Positions 43,335 to 52,622 are shown, counted from the first letter of the stretch. The stretch is 64,000 bases of DNA from an uncultured delta proteobacterium (GCA_963765675.1 CAVXXK010000006.1:352001-416000), one strand, 5' to 3'. Program-made: numbers and translations. Notes: generated by a model not told the origin, from the letters alone.

Positions 43335-44507
43335 ATGTCCCCGAATTTGTTGCGAACCAGGCTGGACCTCGAGGAAATCGAAGCGCGCACGCTTGCGCCT
43401 TTTGCGATGCTTTCCCGAAACAGCCGCGGGCGCCGCGTCGCCGAGCCCGAGCATCCGATGCGCACCGTCTTCCAGCGCGACCGCGACCGCGTTATCCATT
43501 CGGCCGCCTTTCGTCGTCTCGAGTACAAGACCCAGGTGTTTGTTAATCACGAGGGCGATTACTACCGCACCCGCCTGACTCATACGCTCGAAGCCGCGCA
43601 GGTCACCCGTACGATCGCCAAGGCGCTCGGACTCAACGGCGAGCTGGCGGAGGCCGTCGCGCTCGCGCACGACCTTGGCCATACGCCCTTCGGCCATGCC
43701 GGCGAACGATGGTTAAACGAACTGATGGAACCGTATGGCGGCTTCGATCACAACGCGCAGAGCCTTCGCACCGTCGATTGGATCGAGGTGCGCTATCCGA
43801 CCTTTCGCGGACTGAACCTCAGCTTCGAGGTGCGCGAGGGCATTATCAAGCATTCTCATTTTCAGGACCGTCCCTCGGCGCAGGAGTTCGATCCTTCGAC
43901 CTATCCGTGCCTCGAAGCGCAGATCGTCGATCTAGCCGACGAGATTGCGTATCTCGCGCATGACGTGGACGACGGGCTCAAGTCCGGGATGCTCACGGTC
44001 GAGAATCTGAACGAATCCGCCCTTTATGCCGATGCTGCCGCCGACGCTCGCGCCGCGAATCCGCAAGCCGACGCACGCGTCACGCGTTACCAGACCGTGA
44101 TCAGAATGATCGACGCGATGTCCACCGATCTGATGACGAATCTTGGCGCCGAGCTCGAACGGGCGCGGATCGAAAACGTCAACGATGTCCGGCGGGCGGG
44201 CAGGGCGCTCGCCACGTTCTCGCCCGCGATGGGGGCGCGCGTCGATGAGATGAAGCTGATCATGCGCGAGCGGCTTTATCATCACTATCGAGTCAGCCGG
44301 ATGACGCAAAAGGCGGGCAGGGTGCTCGCGCGCCTGTTCGAAACATACATGGCCGAGCCGCGCCAGATGCCGGCGCACGTGCTGGCGAGGGCCGAGCGCG
44401 ACGGCGAACCGATTCCGCGTGTGGTCGCGGACTATATCGCCGGGATGACCGACCGATTCGCGCTCGACGAATACCGCAAGCTGTTCGATCCCGATGAGCG
44501 CGTCTGA
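43335..44507 (+). CDS. dgt: Deoxyguanosinetriphosphate triphosphohydrolase-like protein
   Basis: FQRDRDRVIHSAAFRRLEYKTQV, RLTHT, HDLGHTPFGHAGE, DYIAGMTD. Confidence 0.95.
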   Translation: MSPNLLRTRLDLEEIEARTLAPFAMLSRNSRGRRVAEPEHPMRTVFQRDRDRVIHSAAFRRLEYKTQVFVNHEGDYYRTRLTHTLEAAQVTRTIAKALGLNGELAEAVALAHDLGHTPFGHAGERWLNELMEPYGGFDHNAQSLRTVDWIEVRYPTFRGLNLSFEVREGIIKHSHFQDRPSAQEFDPSTYPCLEAQIVDLADEIAYLAHDVDDGLKSGMLTVENLNESALYADAAADARAANPQADARVTRYQTVIRMIDAMSTDLMTNLGAELERARIENVNDVRRAGRALATFSPAMGARVDEMKLIMRERLYHHYRVSRMTQKAGRVLARLFETYMAEPRQMPAHVLARAERDGEPIPRVVADYIAGMTDRFALDEYRKLFDPDERV

Positions 44508-45138
44508 CGGCACGACTGTGCACAGCGCGAACCGGCGCGTGCGGACCCTCGTGCTGCGGCGCGAGGACCATATCGGCGACACGCTGGGCCTCGCGTTCCT
44601 CGAAGCGCCGGAAAGCGCCGGCGAGGCGATCCTCGCACGCGTGCGCGCCTACCTGGGCGCAAAGGTAAAAATCCTGAAGGCGGAAATCTCGCGCGACAGG
44701 ATCGAAGTCGAAGTGGAGTCGCGCGGATGGCCCGACGAAGCGGCGCGTCTGGCCGCCGCCGCAACCGATCTCAGTGCGAAGGGCGCACGCCGCAACGCCG
44801 AATCGATGTTCCGCGAAGCAATCAAGATGGACGCGCTCAACCCGTCCGCGATGGCCGGCCTGGGCCTCGCGATGGCGGCGCAGGAGCGCGACCTCGAAGC
44901 GCTGGAAGCTCTAAGACGCGCCCGCGAGTTCGGCGCCGGCGGCACCGACGTTCTGATCGCGATGGCGCAGTGCGCTGCGCGCCTTGACCGGCGAACAGCG
45001 GCGCTGGGTTACCTCGAGCAGGCGCTCGCGCTCGATCCAAAAAACTTCACCGCCCGCCGCGCGATGAAAGCCTTGGGCCGCGCCCCGAAATACACCGCCG
45101 CGCCGGACGTAAGCATCCAGCGCAACAAGCGCAAATGA
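44494..45138 (+). CDS. TPR-containing protein
   Basis: TPR-like helices (AESMFREAIKMDALNP, ALGYLEQALALDPKN). Confidence 0.75.
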   Translation: MSASDGTTVHSANRRVRTLVLRREDHIGDTLGLAFLEAPESAGEAILARVRAYLGAKVKILKAEISRDRIEVEVESRGWPDEAARLAAAATDLSAKGARRNAESMFREAIKMDALNPSAMAGLGLAMAAQERDLEALEALRRAREFGAGGTDVLIAMAQCAARLDRRTAALGYLEQALALDPKNFTARRAMKALGRAPKYTAAPDVSIQRNKRK

Positions 45139-45244
45139 AATTGACCCGGGAGCCGGAGAGGCGACAAATGAGTCAAAGGATGTAGCAGCTCGAATCCAAG
45201 CGCGCTAAATTCGGTTCAATGAAACTCCGGAAGAAGCCTAGACA

Positions 45245-45382
45245 TTGACGACACCCGCGAGCGCGCGTGCCAAAGAAATCAAAGAAGTCCTGCAGGACGC
45301 AGATCTAAAAAAATTCGACCCCGAACTATTGGACGTGGCCCTCCAAACCCCGAAGAAGAAACCTCGTCCAACACGCGGATGA
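45245..45382 (+). CDS. Possible 45-aa basic small protein
   Basis: TTG-start ORF MTTPASARAKEIKEVLQDADLKKFDPELLDVALQTPKKKPRPTRG; no other support. Confidence 0.25.
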   Translation: MTTPASARAKEIKEVLQDADLKKFDPELLDVALQTPKKKPRPTRG

Positions 45383-45489
45383 CGCGGCCGTTCGTTTGAC
45401 GGTGAGCTAGCTTGCCTGTCTGGATCGCAGGAGGAGTCGCTCACGCCGCTCCGCCCGCTCAGACCCGCAGCCTTTTTGCCCTGGACAAC

Positions 45490-46560
45490 TCAGTCGAGTG
45501 TCTCTCTGAGGAGTGTGAGAAATCGCGCGGTATCCAGAAAATAGCTGGGGTATGCTTGGCGCAAGCCCGCTAAAGATGGGACGGAGACCAATACAACATC
45601 GATTCCCGGTTTACTGGCAATTTCTTTTTCAACTCTCACATATTCGTTGCTGGCTGCTTCCGCCTCGGTCGCTTTGAAGGGAGTCACCTTAAGGGTGCGC
45701 TCATTGACATCCAACTGAAGCAGAAAGTAACGGGCACTCAAGGCTTCTTTAGTTCCGACGCTTTCGAGCGCAACGTTATAGACCTGAAGGCGAGCCTCAA
45801 CTTGCAACTCATCGGCGACACGGCGCACCTGTTTCATTAGATCTTTAGCCTCCTGTGGCGTATTCCGCACGAGAGAAGTGCTTTCTCTCAATGCCAGCGC
45901 GGAACCCATGAGCGCAAAAAACCGCAACCATGCTTCTTGGCCTAGACTGGATTTGAGTGCCTGACTCAGAAACGTTCCAACTGTTTCAACAGCCATTGCC
46001 CAGATATGCTGAATTTCGGTTCGGATCTGCATTTCGATGTGAAGCGAGTCATAGGGGCACGGATGCCTGCCCCGATATCGATAGATGAGGTGAATCGCCC
46101 GGTATCCCGACGTTCTGGGGCGCTCGATGTAGTCGGTCTTTCGGCGCAAAGTGTGCCGCAGTGAACTGCGCTCGTACATTTCGACCAGCTGGCGCGCCGC
46201 CTTCACTGAGTGAACGACAGCGCGACATCCTCCAATGTCCTGCATTTGCGAGAGCGCCATATTGTGATGCAGGCGAAGCTTCAACCTGATCGCAGAGAAA
46301 CGTTTGAGTCGTTGCGATACAAACCCATGCTCATCGACCCCAGCTATCTTGTTCTTGAGAGTGCTTTGAAAGACCCACAGTGGATATCCGTGTGCAGAAC
46401 GCCAATTGTTCAGAACTACATACGCGTGCTCCCAAGCTTCCCAGTTTTCCCAGTCGGCGCCCGTCCATGAATTGTCTGTTGGTATTGGAGGCGGGTCGAT
46501 GATGATCGCAGCAGCACGATCTACTTCGTTCTTCGACCATTTTGGCGTTGCCCAAGGCAT
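45490..46560 (-). CDS. RelA/SpoT small alarmone synthetase-family protein, CapRel-like fused toxin-antitoxin
   Basis: QRLKR, MQDIGGCR, DYIERPRTSGYRAIH, EMQIRT..QHIWA; C-terminal domain ending AYPSYFLD (YXXY); visibly more AT-rich than its flanks. Confidence 0.85.
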   Translation of the reverse strand: MPWATPKWSKNEVDRAAAIIIDPPPIPTDNSWTGADWENWEAWEHAYVVLNNWRSAHGYPLWVFQSTLKNKIAGVDEHGFVSQRLKRFSAIRLKLRLHHNMALSQMQDIGGCRAVVHSVKAARQLVEMYERSSLRHTLRRKTDYIERPRTSGYRAIHLIYRYRGRHPCPYDSLHIEMQIRTEIQHIWAMAVETVGTFLSQALKSSLGQEAWLRFFALMGSALALRESTSLVRNTPQEAKDLMKQVRRVADELQVEARLQVYNVALESVGTKEALSARYFLLQLDVNERTLKVTPFKATEAEAASNEYVRVEKEIASKPGIDVVLVSVPSLAGLRQAYPSYFLDTARFLTLLRETLD

Positions 46561-46630
46561 TTGGCGAACCAACTTTTCATCAAGGTGCTCGCCATTTAAG
46601 CACCGAAGACGAACGATTCTGTTACATTCT

Positions 46631-46658
46631 AGTTTACATAATATCTGTTATGCGAAGC
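46631..46658 (-). other. XerCD dif site (chromosome dimer resolution)
   Basis: Minus strand GCTTCGCATAA-CAGATA-TTATGTAAACT: 11-6-11 layout, right arm identical to the B. subtilis dif XerD arm, left arm similar to the E. coli XerC arm GGTGCGCATAA. Confidence 0.88.
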
Positions 46659-46686
46659 TGGCATCGGCTCCGAAGCCGCCTTCGAG

Positions 46687-46905
46687 TCACGCCGTCCGAT
46701 TGCGCCATGCTGTCTGCGCGTCGATCGCGCGCTGCACCGCTGGCAGCTGCTTTAGCGAGCGGTCAATCGACCGTAGGAGATCGATCTGCTCGTCCATCCT
46801 GAAGTACGAGAACATCGACCACACCGCCCCGACCAGCGCCGCGACGCAAATCAGGCCCGCGCACAGGACCGGGTAAAAGAGCGCGCCGAATACCAAGGAA
46901 TCCAT
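46687..46905 (-). CDS. Small membrane protein, hypothetical
   Basis: 72 aa, one long hydrophobic N-terminal segment, AGGGGG RBS-like sequence upstream. Confidence 0.55.
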   Translation of the reverse strand: MDSLVFGALFYPVLCAGLICVAALVGAVWSMFSYFRMDEQIDLLRSIDRSLKQLPAVQRAIDAQTAWRNRTA

Positions 46906-46931
46906 CGCTCAACCCCCTATGTATGCGAAGT
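46904..46931 (-). other. Degenerate second dif-like site (XerC arm only)
   Basis: Minus strand ACTTCGCATAC at 46921-46931 is a direct repeat of the dif XerC arm (9 of 11 identical); the XerD-side arm is non-consensus. Confidence 0.45.
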
Positions 46932-47054
46932 AATATTATCGGTAAGGTCCATGCAAATCGTTAGCGCGGACGCCTCATTCTTGAGGCGTTGGCAGACGGA
47001 ACCCCGCCACCCTGCCAAACGAAAAGGCTATGAGTTTCAGCAAGGAGATGTTCG

Positions 47055-48383
47055 ATGATGTCCTCGGAGACTTTCAGGCCGCTCGCTTCGTCCGCGCCGC
47101 TTATCGTCTATATCGACTACAAGAGTCCCTACGCGTACCTCGCGATAGAACCGACTCAGACTCTCGAAGACGAACTCGGCATCGAGGCTGATTGGCGGCC
47201 GTTCACGCTCGACATCCCGAGCTATCTCGGCTCGGCTCGGCTCAATCAGGAAGGCAAGGTGGTTGACGCCGAGCGAACGCCCGGCCAGTGGACCAAGGTC
47301 AAGTACGCCTATCACGACGTGAGACGCTACGGATCTCTGCGCGGCATTATCGTGCGGGGAACCGTCAAGATCTGGGATTCCTCGCTGGCCGGGATCGGTA
47401 TGCTGTGGGCCAGGGAGCAGGATCGAGCGGTGCTCCGCGCCTACTCGGGCATTGTGTACGAGCGTTTTTGGAAGCGCGAGCTCAACCTTGAAGACGCCGG
47501 GGTCATCGCGCGCGTACTCGAAGAGGCCGGCGCGCGGACCGTTGGTTTCCAGGATTATGCGTCCGGCGAGGGCCGTGTACTCCACGACAGCATCCAGCGT
47601 AAAGCCTTCGATGCGGGAATTTTCGGAGTACCGACATATGTGATTAACGGTGAAGTATTTTTCGGGCGCGAGCATCTGCCGCGAATCCGATGGATACTCA
47701 CTGGCCGCTCTGGCGCACCTCCGGATGTGTCTTACGGGATCTCGGGCGAGCGTGCGCCGTCGGGCGAAATCATCAAAGGCCAGCTTCCGGTCGTGATCGA
47801 TTTCAAAAGCCCTCAGGCGTATCTCGCGATCGGACCGACCTGCGCTTTGGCGGATGAGCTCGGGATCACGATCGATTGGCGTCCGCTGCTCATTGCTCCG
47901 TCAAAGATATCCGCAGCAGATTCCGGACAGGACCGCGGCGCGCGCCATCGCCGGTTTCGCGCCGATTACCTCGAACGCGATATTACCCGCTACGCCGCGG
48001 ATCGTGGTCTCTCCATCGGGGGACGGCTCGATCGCAGCAAGGATTCAACCCTCGCCGCGATTGGCCTGTTATGGGCCAAACGCCAAGGCCCGTCGCTCGC
48101 GCGGTCATACGTCGAGCGAGTGTTCAAACGGTATTGGCAAGAGGATCTAGACATCGAAGACGAAAGCTCAATACGAACTTTGCTCACTGAGATTCACGCG
48201 CCCGTTTCGGGGTTTGAAGCATTCGCGAGAGAGGAAGGCCGCACCGAGCTTGCGCGAATTCAGTCCGAGCTTCGAGACATTGGAGTGTTCGAGGTGCCGA
48301 CCTACTTGGTGGACGGCGATCCATTCCTTGGGCGCCAACATCTGCCGTTGGTTCGCTCGCGCCTTCTCCGGGCCGCTCCATAA
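47055..48383 (+). CDS. Tandem double-domain DsbA-fold protein, HCCA isomerase / GST-kappa family
   Basis: Two homologous halves: DYKSPYAYLA...GIFGVPTY...FFGREHLP and DFKSPQAYLA...GVFEVPTY...FLGRQHLP. Confidence 0.85.
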   Translation: MMSSETFRPLASSAPLIVYIDYKSPYAYLAIEPTQTLEDELGIEADWRPFTLDIPSYLGSARLNQEGKVVDAERTPGQWTKVKYAYHDVRRYGSLRGIIVRGTVKIWDSSLAGIGMLWAREQDRAVLRAYSGIVYERFWKRELNLEDAGVIARVLEEAGARTVGFQDYASGEGRVLHDSIQRKAFDAGIFGVPTYVINGEVFFGREHLPRIRWILTGRSGAPPDVSYGISGERAPSGEIIKGQLPVVIDFKSPQAYLAIGPTCALADELGITIDWRPLLIAPSKISAADSGQDRGARHRRFRADYLERDITRYAADRGLSIGGRLDRSKDSTLAAIGLLWAKRQGPSLARSYVERVFKRYWQEDLDIEDESSIRTLLTEIHAPVSGFEAFAREEGRTELARIQSELRDIGVFEVPTYLVDGDPFLGRQHLPLVRSRLLRAAP

Positions 48384-48520
48384 GGCCGATTTCAAGGGTT
48401 TCAGTGGGTTCGTTTTCAGAACGAAGCCATTCCGAGGCTTGGCAGCCTTCCGCGAACGTCGCACGGAATGCGCGCGACGGTCTGGAAGAAGGTGGAGCAG
48501 GTCCGTATCATGGGATGCTT

Positions 48521-49468
48521 ATGAATCATCGGAGAACTTCGTCGGTTATGCGAATTGCGTGGTTGGTTGGTCTGGTCGCTATTGCGAGTGGCGCGATGCT
48601 CACGGCTCCGTGCGCGGAGGCTGCCTCGCCGGCGGCGGCGACCGAAGCGGTCCCGAGCGATGCGGCGCGCGATCAGGCGGTCAAGGTCTTCCTGCAGAAG
48701 AAGTTTCGCATCCCCTCAGTCGAGGAGATCAAGCTCGGCCCGCTCGAGCGCACCGGTATCAAGGACCTCTACGGACGCACCGTCACGGTCACCAACGAAA
48801 AGGGACAGACGGCCAGCGTCGTGATGTTCACGAATCCGGACGAGACCAAGGCGATAATCGGCCAGTTCATGGATCTGGAATCCGATCCGTGGGGACGCGC
48901 CGATCTGCGCATGATCCATCTGGAAGACCGCCCTACCCTGGGGCCTGCCGACGCTCCGGTGACGATCGTCGAGTTCGCCGATTTCGAGTGTCCGTTCTGC
49001 GCGCACGCGTTCGGAGAGATCGAGACGCTGGCCAACACCACTTACAAAGGCAAGATCAAGATCATCTTCAAGAACTACCCGCTGAACGTGCATCCGTGGG
49101 CCAAGACCGCCGCGATCGGCGCCGAATGCGCACGGCTGCAGAACCCCGACGCGTTCTGGGATTTCGCGCGTTACTATTACGCGAACCAGGGCCAGATCAC
49201 GCCGAAGAATATCCAGCAGAAGATAGACGATGAAGCCGCCAAGCTCTCGCTCGACGACACCGTGCTCAAGGCGTGCATGGCGGGTACCCAAGCGGCGCAG
49301 CGTATCGCGCAGGACCAGACCGACGCCAACGCGGTGAAGGTCTCGTCCACGCCGACCTTCTTTATCAACGGAATTCCGATCGTCGGACTGCCCGAGGGCA
49401 AGACCTTCAATTTCGTTATCGAATCGGAACTCGCGGGCAGCGCGCAGAAGGCCGCCTCTGCGAAATAA
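48521..49468 (+). CDS. Exported DsbA/thioredoxin-fold disulfide oxidoreductase
   Basis: Signal peptide, EFADFECPFC (CxxC), cis-Pro STPTFFING. Start may be 48548. Confidence 0.88.
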   Translation: MNHRRTSSVMRIAWLVGLVAIASGAMLTAPCAEAASPAAATEAVPSDAARDQAVKVFLQKKFRIPSVEEIKLGPLERTGIKDLYGRTVTVTNEKGQTASVVMFTNPDETKAIIGQFMDLESDPWGRADLRMIHLEDRPTLGPADAPVTIVEFADFECPFCAHAFGEIETLANTTYKGKIKIIFKNYPLNVHPWAKTAAIGAECARLQNPDAFWDFARYYYANQGQITPKNIQQKIDDEAAKLSLDDTVLKACMAGTQAAQRIAQDQTDANAVKVSSTPTFFINGIPIVGLPEGKTFNFVIESELAGSAQKAASAK

Positions 49469-49474
49469 CGCCCT

Positions 49475-50278
49475 TCAGTGTGGCGCGGCTGCGGGAGCCG
49501 CGGCTGGCGTCGTGGCAGCTCCCGGCGCTGCGCCGGACGGCGGCATCATGACGGGCATCGCGCCATTGCCAGCGCTCGCATTCGGCGCTTGAGCGGATTG
49601 CGGTTGTGCCGCAGCTCCGAGCATCGCGAGCGACTCGAGCACTTCCCCGCGCTGCTGAGCGTAGGGCCGAAGGGCCAGGAAGGCGCGATAGGTCTGAATC
49701 GCGCCAGCCTTGTTGCCCTGCTCGGCCTGCAGCCGCGCGACGGCGAGGTCTGCGCTAATCTGCTGGGGTCCGGGGACACCGGCGGCTTGCTGGTAGGCGC
49801 CTTGCGCCTTGGCGAGATCGCCCATCTTTTCGTACACGACGCCGAGGTCCATCAGCGCGAGGCTGGAAAATTCGGGATCATGATAATCGGCGACGAACGC
49901 GATCAGCGCGTCGCGTGCCTTCAGAAAATCGCCTTCGCCCGCATAGCTCTGCGCCAGGTACAGCCGCGCGAGTTTGCCGATACGCCGGTCTGGCTCCGCG
50001 GCCGCAAGCTTGGCGAACTGCTCCTCTGCGGTCTTGTACTGCTTGGCAGTAAGAGCGGTGAGCGCACCGTAGAAGGCTTCCCCGGCGATGCGATCGCGGC
50101 GGCGTTCGTAAGAATAGGTTCCGATCGCAATTCCCGCCGCGACCACGATGATCACGGCCGAAATAATCACCTGCCGCAGGTTGGCGAGCAGAAACTCCTG
50201 CGCGCTTTCAAAGATATTCTGGAATTCGCTCGGAGCTTTGAGCTCCTTGCGATTGATCTTGCGGTGGGTTGACGGCAT
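49475..50278 (-). CDS. Membrane-anchored TPR protein (YfgM-like)
   Basis: N-terminal RKELKAPSEF, single transmembrane helix, TPR helices. Confidence 0.7.
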   Translation of the reverse strand: MPSTHRKINRKELKAPSEFQNIFESAQEFLLANLRQVIISAVIIVVAAGIAIGTYSYERRRDRIAGEAFYGALTALTAKQYKTAEEQFAKLAAAEPDRRIGKLARLYLAQSYAGEGDFLKARDALIAFVADYHDPEFSSLALMDLGVVYEKMGDLAKAQGAYQQAAGVPGPQQISADLAVARLQAEQGNKAGAIQTYRAFLALRPYAQQRGEVLESLAMLGAAAQPQSAQAPNASAGNGAMPVMMPPSGAAPGAATTPAAAPAAAPH

Positions 50279-50363
50279 CTGGGCGGGTTACTCGTCGGCA
50301 TCGCCCGCTGCGTACGGGGGAGGCTCGTGTGGCGCGCGGCGGCGGGCCGCAGGCGCATCACGG

Positions 50364-50903
50364 TCACATCTTATACTTGAAGTCGTCGGGCGACATCCGC
50401 TCGAGGATTTCCGACCATTTGTCGCGCGAGACTCCTGCCAGGTTCTGGTCTGCACCTGAGGACGACGTCTGGCTCTCGGTCTCGCGCAGCTCGCTAGAGT
50501 CCTCGAGCACTTTCTTGGCGACATAGATCGGCGACTTGGTGCGCAGCGCGATCGCGATCGCGTCGGAGGGGCGCGAGTCGATTTCGAGCGCCCTGCCCTC
50601 GCGCGTCTTCAGTTGCAGGCGCGCGAAGTAGGTGGTTTCGCGAAGCTCGGTGATCTCGGCGGACTCGACCGTGGCGCCGAATTCGGCCAGAAGGTTGCGC
50701 ACCAGGTCGTGAGTCTGCGGCCGCGGCGGACGGATTCCCTCCTGCTCGACCGCGATCGCATTGGCCTCGAGCGGTGCGATCCAGATGGGCAGATTCATCC
50801 GGTTGTCCGGATCCTTGAGCATCACGATCGGAACCTTGGTGGTCGGATCGAGGATAATCCCGCCAACTACCATCAGGATGAAATCTTCTCTACGTGCGGC
50901 CAT
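50364..50903 (-). CDS. Bifunctional nuclease family protein (DUF151)
   Basis: LPIWI..EANAI, PRPQTHDL, IDSRPSDAIAIALR. Confidence 0.9.
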   Translation of the reverse strand: MAARREDFILMVVGGIILDPTTKVPIVMLKDPDNRMNLPIWIAPLEANAIAVEQEGIRPPRPQTHDLVRNLLAEFGATVESAEITELRETTYFARLQLKTREGRALEIDSRPSDAIAIALRTKSPIYVAKKVLEDSSELRETESQTSSSGADQNLAGVSRDKWSEILERMSPDDFKYKM

Positions 50904-51044
50904 TGATGGGCTCTCTGGAAAATACGCTTGCGCCGCGAGGCGGCGCCCCGATGGCGGCGCTTCGCGATACCATGAAGTCATCTTGGCCCAAAGCTGAACG
51001 ACGGTCAACCAAAGGGCGGAAAATGCCCCGCGCGACGCGGCGGC

Positions 51045-52457
51045 TCAGCGAACCACGAGACGATCGACGACCCGGTAGAGCTGGTTGAGATTGCGGCACT
51101 CTTCGACCATGTCGCAGTGGAGCTGGTATTTGTCCATCTCGCTGTCGCCGAAGCCCCAGGTATTGCGGCTTTCGGGGTTGAGCCAGATGACGCGCTTGGC
51201 CCGCTGATGGATTTCGCGCAGGCACCAGTCGTGCGGCAAATTATAATTGTTACGCGCGTCGCCGAGCACGATCACGGTGGTCCGCTTGTTTATCGCGCCG
51301 ATATGATCGGAGACGAAACTGCGGAACGCGTAGCCGAAGTTCGAGTGCGCGTACACGTTTATAATATCGCCCTTGAGCGCCACGTCCAAGGCATCTTTGA
51401 TATCGCCGGTGCGGAAGTGCTCGGTCACTTCGCCGATTTCGCTGACGAAGATAAAGCTGCGCACGCGCGAGTAGAGATCCTGCAGCGAGTACACGAACTG
51501 GAGCATGAAGCGCGAGGCGTTGCGCACCGAATCTGAAACGTCGCACAGGATAACGACCTGCGGTTTTTCTTTTTTGCGCTCTTCGAAGCGGAGCTTGAAC
51601 GGGACGCCGCCGCAATCCATGTTCTTGCGCAGAGTCTTCTTGATATCGAAGCGGCCTTTCTTCGCGTGCTTGCGCCGCACCGAGATCACGTTCTTCAGGC
51701 GCAGCGCAAGCTTCTGCACCGCCTCCTGCATCTTCTTGAGCTCGTCTTCGCTGAGATAGTAGAAGCTCTTCTCGGCGATCTGGTTCATCTTCTGGTCTTC
51801 GCGCTGGCGGATGTCGCGTTTTTCGCGCTCCATGCGCACATAGCGTCGGATAATATCCTCGAGCGCCTTGAGCCGGCGTTCGAGATACTCTTCCATCCGC
51901 GCCTTCATCTCGGTGCCGAGGTCCATCTTTTCGAGTTGCTCGCGCAACTCCTTGATCTCGGCCTCGATCTTGTCGAGTCCCAGCTCGCGGGCCAGAGCGC
52001 GGGCGAAGTAGTTCTCTTCGATCGTGCGCTCGATTCCCTTAAGCCGCGCGGCGCGTGCCGCCTCGCGCAGCTTCTTTTCCATCGCGCCGGAGTTGTTCTG
52101 CAGAAGCTGCTTGGCAAGCTCGGAGAGGTTCTTGCCTTCCTTTTTGAGCATTTCTTCGATCTGGTCGAGGAATTTCTGGAATTCCTGATCCGACATCGAG
52201 AGCGCGTCCTGCACGGCCTTGCTGGCCTGCTTGATAATCTCGCCCAGGCCGGAGAAATAGACGTCGAACAGCTCCTCGAAGACCGGCAACTCGCTCGAGC
52301 GTTTGATCATCGTGGCGCGCAGCGCTGCGCGGAACGAGTCGCGTTCGGATAGCCCCGTGATTTCCGAGGCGCTGAAGGCGTCGAGGGTTTCGGCGAGCGA
52401 AACGCGTACGCCATTTTCGCGCAGCAGCTTCGCGAATTCGACCAGTTTTTCCTGCAT
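51045..52457 (-). CDS. VWA domain protein, CoxE-like
   Basis: LRENGVRVSLAE, MIDAS-like DVSDS, GDARNN, WLNPE, CRNLNQL. Confidence 0.88.
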   Translation of the reverse strand: MQEKLVEFAKLLRENGVRVSLAETLDAFSASEITGLSERDSFRAALRATMIKRSSELPVFEELFDVYFSGLGEIIKQASKAVQDALSMSDQEFQKFLDQIEEMLKKEGKNLSELAKQLLQNNSGAMEKKLREAARAARLKGIERTIEENYFARALARELGLDKIEAEIKELREQLEKMDLGTEMKARMEEYLERRLKALEDIIRRYVRMEREKRDIRQREDQKMNQIAEKSFYYLSEDELKKMQEAVQKLALRLKNVISVRRKHAKKGRFDIKKTLRKNMDCGGVPFKLRFEERKKEKPQVVILCDVSDSVRNASRFMLQFVYSLQDLYSRVRSFIFVSEIGEVTEHFRTGDIKDALDVALKGDIINVYAHSNFGYAFRSFVSDHIGAINKRTTVIVLGDARNNYNLPHDWCLREIHQRAKRVIWLNPESRNTWGFGDSEMDKYQLHCDMVEECRNLNQLYRVVDRLVVR

Positions 52458-52516
52458 CTGTACCTCGGCGTTGCCTCAGGTGGCGGCGCAACGAGCGTTT
52501 CGCGCGATAGCGGCAA

Positions 52517-52591
52517 CGGGCGCGTCCCGACGCGCCCCTACGAAGAACGACACGAACCTCGTATTCGTAGGGGCGGCTCGGGAGCCGCCCG
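52517..52591. repeat. GTAG-type REP doublet (REPIN-like)
   Basis: Minus-strand GTAGGGGCGCGTCGGGACGCGCCCG (52517-52541) and plus-strand GTAGGGGCGGCTCGGGAGCCGCCCG (52567-52591), inverted, each an internal palindrome. Confidence 0.75.
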
Positions 52592-52622
52592 TCTCAGTTC
52601 GGAGTGCGCGCTTGGGCAAGAT

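Noticed and set aside
43335-44507. Anti-phage dGTPase, given its proximity to the CapRel-like gene
   Set aside because: It is a short housekeeping-type Dgt with host-like GC and codon style, in an ordinary context.
45139-47054. Intact prophage or IS element at dif
   Set aside because: No integrase, transposase, replication or structural genes, and no terminal inverted repeats were found.
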